From the NCBI GenBank assembly GCA_049999805.1, contig JBNGIO010006150.1:103661-167660 (forward strand): a stretch of DNA of 64,000 bases, read 5' to 3'. Both the position numbers and the translations under genes were made by a program. This stretch comes from Folioceros fuciformis (Eukaryota). The notes under the pieces were generated by a model, which worked only from the letters and a program-made list of their open reading frames with translations, made no database searches and was not told the origin of the DNA. Of the stretch, positions 60,531 to 64,000 are shown one piece after another. Numbering within the stretch: position 1 is the stretch's first letter; the number at the start of each line of letters is the position of its first letter.

Positions 60531-61580
60531 CTAGAGCTCAAGCCTTTCAGCATATAAGGTTAGCCCCATTTTCAGTGAGTCCAGGCTAAACCCACCTGCA
60601 ACTTGCACACTGATCACTCCAAGCTCCGAGATCTGCAAGTCAAACAAAAGTCTTAAGGCAAAGGCCCATCTGGACATGTTTCGTCATGATTTGGCCATCA
60701 AATCTGTGAGGGAGACTTAATGTAACTGCGTGCTTAGTGCAGACAGACTCATGGGGCCACTTACTTCCTGGATGTTTTTCTGCTCGTCATCGAAGAAAAG
60801 GAAAGAGTTGAGTGGGAGCTTGGTCTTCTCAGAGATGGCCATGAAGTGTTCGAGCTTCGAAGGTGCGGGGAACATCTCCTGCTCCATGACCACTGATGTT
60901 AGGATAAAGAACATGGTTCGCAAATAAATTTGTCAGAATTACGGTTTCAGTTTCCAGCCGAGAACAACATCAAGGTCTTGCATGAACCACCACACCTTCA
61001 CTACAAAATGGTGACTTATGTTGAGCTTGCTGAGGAAAGCACTGGCAGTTTCTGGTGTTGGAGTTCGAGATGCGACTGCTAGGGGTATGTTGCTAGCTGT
61101 AAGTGCATGGAGAAGGCAGGGTACCTGTGGGAACAGAACTGGATTATAGTCCAGACTCCGAAACTGACTGTCGGATCCAACAGGCCACATCAGTAACAAG
61201 ACACATGACCAACCAAGCCTCAAGTGTCGCAAATGCACATACCAATAGAAGGGCCAGACAGTGTGATCCAGATCCAACACTACAAGGGATGGAAGGACTG
61301 CTGCCTGATGAAGAACCTCCGCAGCCCTTTCGATGCACCTTGCTCCTTCAATTGCAGCCAAAGCCTCCCAAGGACCATTAAGACGAGAAGACGGTTCCAC
61401 ACACTGGGCTACGACGTGCTTTGGACGAAGAAAGCGCAGCCTGCGTATATCAGCTCTGTGCCATCTGCTGGCTGCAAATGGAAGCCTTGTCGCATCCAAC
61501 GAATTATGCAATACGGAGGCCGGTACTGGCAAAGGGCTGGCCATGTCCTGGAGACGAAAATGGATGCCAAAGGTCCCCAT
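60531..61580 (-). CDS. Magnesium-dependent phosphatase-1 (MDP-1)-like HAD phosphatase with N-terminal extension (multi-exon)
   Basis: LPSLVVLDLDHTVWPFY (HAD motif I), LAVASRT (motif II), SKLEHF (motif III), FLFFDDEQKNI (motif IV) and LGVISVQV. Stop at 60531. Confidence 0.88.
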
Positions 61581-62317
61581 AAGCCTTCCAGATCAACAGT
61601 TCCTACGTCACCCCAGACTCAGTTCGGACAGAAGAAAAACTAGCGTCTATAGGAAGGACACAAGGTTAGGGATGGGCTGCAAATTGGCCGTCTACTTGAT
61701 CCAAGTATAACAGCCCTCACCATTTATAAAAGACCCATGTCACTTACAACACACCTCAAGTTTTGGATGAAGGCATTCCCTCCTTACAAAGACCATAGCC
61801 CGCTTAGATGCACAAACAGCACTTACGTGCTGCTTGTGCACCTTTGCAAAGAGCGCCCATGTACCAAAGTAAGGTAGTGGAGCCTATGGAGGATGGAGGA
61901 GGAGGGGGCTGCAAAAGGGAGATTGTACCACTCTATCTATCGAGTATGTATGTAGGAGGAGTGAACAGGATTTAGATAACGTGACAGAAAAGTAAGCGTG
62001 AATGGACAACAGGAAAAGGGATGGTTAAGCCAAGCGGAGAATTAGGGAACGGCCCCGCGCGCCTCGCTTGCAGCCGGTTCTCCCGCCGCGCCTTCTCCCT
62101 CGCAAATTCACGACACTCGAAATTTGAGCGGCAAGCGAGACGAGGTGAGGCGAGGCGACTGTGGCCCGCTTTATCATTTCCAGCCTGCACAATGCAAGCC
62201 AGGCAATCGCTCGACCGCAATCTCACAATCTTGGTGCAACATCCCGGCAGTTGAGCAACATCCAGCACTCCCCCAATCCACCACACAGCATCGCGCCTTG
62301 AAGAAGTCTGGCGGAAC

Positions 62318-64000
62318 ATGGATGTGTCTTTGGATTGCTCTTGGAGCCACCGGGGACAGTCGGCAGATCTGGCCCCTCGCAGCCTGCTCGCGCTGCGGGG
62401 AGTGGCGGCCGCCACCAGGGACAATCGGGAGCAGTACCGGGCCAGCAGGATGTCCGGGATCGAATCCGCAGCCAGCATGTTTCTTCGATCCGGCAGCTTG
62501 GCATCCCCGGAAGCAGGCCCCGCTCCCGGCCTCCCCTACGACTCCAAGTGGGGCTATGCACCGCAGCACTGCTCCAGCTGCGACCTTGGAGCGGGCGATC
62601 TCCACAGCATGCTTAGGCCCGACGGGGAGCAGACCAGAGCAGGAGCGGACTCTTGGGGGGATGGAGGTGTAGGGTGCGGGAGCGGGGAGGCCGGGTTCAC
62701 AGCCAAATTGCAAGCGCACGGGCAGGGTTTGCGGGAGGGGGAGGTGAATGGCGTCGTGGCGGGGCAGGATTTTCCAGCTCCCGGGAGCCGGGCCGCAGGC
62801 TACGGCACGTCGGCGCTGGTGCATGAGGCGGAGACGGCGAGATCATACACAGTCCAGGACCTGATCGCGGCGCTGCAAATGGGGGGGAGCAGGTCCAAGA
62901 TGGAGGCGGCCATAACTGTCAGGTCGCTGGCGGCGTCGCACAACATGCATCAGGTGGCCTTCATCTCCGCTGGAGGGATCCGGCCTCTGGTGGATTTGCT
63001 GAGCTACGAGGCCGGGGAGACGCACTGGCCTCCGGAAATGCGGGAGAAGGCCACCATAACTGTGCGGGCTGAGGCTGCCTTGGCGCTGGCAAGTCTGTCG
63101 GTGAGCAACGACGACAATAAGGGAGCAATTGGCGCCGCAGGGGCGATTCCTGTGTTGTGTGACCTAATTCAGTAAGCACGCCATCGCCCACATTGCTTTC
63201 TTGCTTTGCAGAGCGGAACAGAGGGGGAGGACTGATCATCCCAGACAACATTGTAATGAAGATGTAAGGGGGAAAAGAAAAGAAAGCACCAGTAGTGGAG
63301 AGGCAGGCCTGCACGAGTCTTTCGTCTCTCCAGTCCGTCCTAGTGTAACACTGAAGTATAAAACTCACTGATCTTCGCAAAGGTTCGATGAGGAAAGTTA
63401 CAACGCAGCATTGGCAAGCTACCAGAAGCAGGAAATGGCACCTTTCTTGGTCCTGGCCAGAGATGCTGGCGCTGGGGCGCTCTCATGCCTGGCCAGGAAC
63501 GAGAACAACAAGGAGGCTATCATCGCAGCCCAGGCTGTTCCTGCTCTTGTGCGCATGGTCGACCGGGGAACAAGCTTTGGCAGGTACCCACTTCCTCAGT
63601 CTTGTCACTGCTCGCTGCAGCATTTCCTATTTATATATTCCCTCAAGTGTGTTGATTCAGGGAGTTCGCGATTTGAGTACGCTGCTTTTCCGTCTCATAG
63701 CTAGCTCCTTGTTGCTTGTCCCCCCTCCCCATGGTGCAGGGCGGCTGCTGCCAATGTTCTCGCTAAACTGGCAACAGGAAGCAATGCTCAGAACAAGTTG
63801 CTGCTGGGAAAGGAGGGTGCTATATCAGCTATCCTTAGGCTGTTGAAGGATGGGTCTCCCAAAGCTCGAGAAACTGGAGCTGAAGCTCTGTTTAATCTGG
63901 CTATGCATCCGTGGAACAAGTCCAAGATTATACAGGAGGGGGGGATGGCTAGCCTGCTGAGAATGGTTGAAGGAGGGTCACAGCCAGAGAAAGATGCCGC
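62318..64000 (+). CDS. Armadillo (ARM)-repeat protein, 3' truncated by the window edge
   Basis: AGGIRPLVDLL, AALALASLSVSNDDNKGAIGAAGAIPVLCDLI, AGALSCLARNENNKEAIIAAQAVPALVRMV, EGAISAILRLLKDGSPKARETGAEALFNLA. Introns at about 63172-63408 and 63584-63739. Confidence 0.9.

Overview
Gene-dense, intron-rich nuclear sequence from a seed-free land plant. A hornwort is most likely, inferred from the PLS-PPR genes with DYW:KP deaminase domains (HAExLA motif, C-terminal DRH/DGH). In order the window contains: repeat/TE-like DNA; an IPT9/miaA-type tRNA isopentenyltransferase interrupted by a 100-N gap; a head-to-head pair of organellar RNA-editing PPR genes (a DYW:KP putative U-to-C factor and a WW-type gene ending in E+); a repeat-rich spacer; FKBP53; another repeat block; a small conserved plant gene; an annexin; a large coiled-coil gene; alpha-N-acetylglucosaminidase (GH89); 3-hydroxyisobutyryl-CoA hydrolase divergent from POLD2; a tandem pair of MS1/MMD1-family PHD-finger genes; a second DYW:KP (DRH) PPR; an uncharacterised gene; an MDP-1-like phosphatase; and a partial ARM-repeat gene. 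The most interesting biology is the RNA-editing toolkit: two KP-type factors and one WW-type factor share a closely similar N-terminal module but have different C-termini. Exon boundaries were inferred by eye and no database searches were run.
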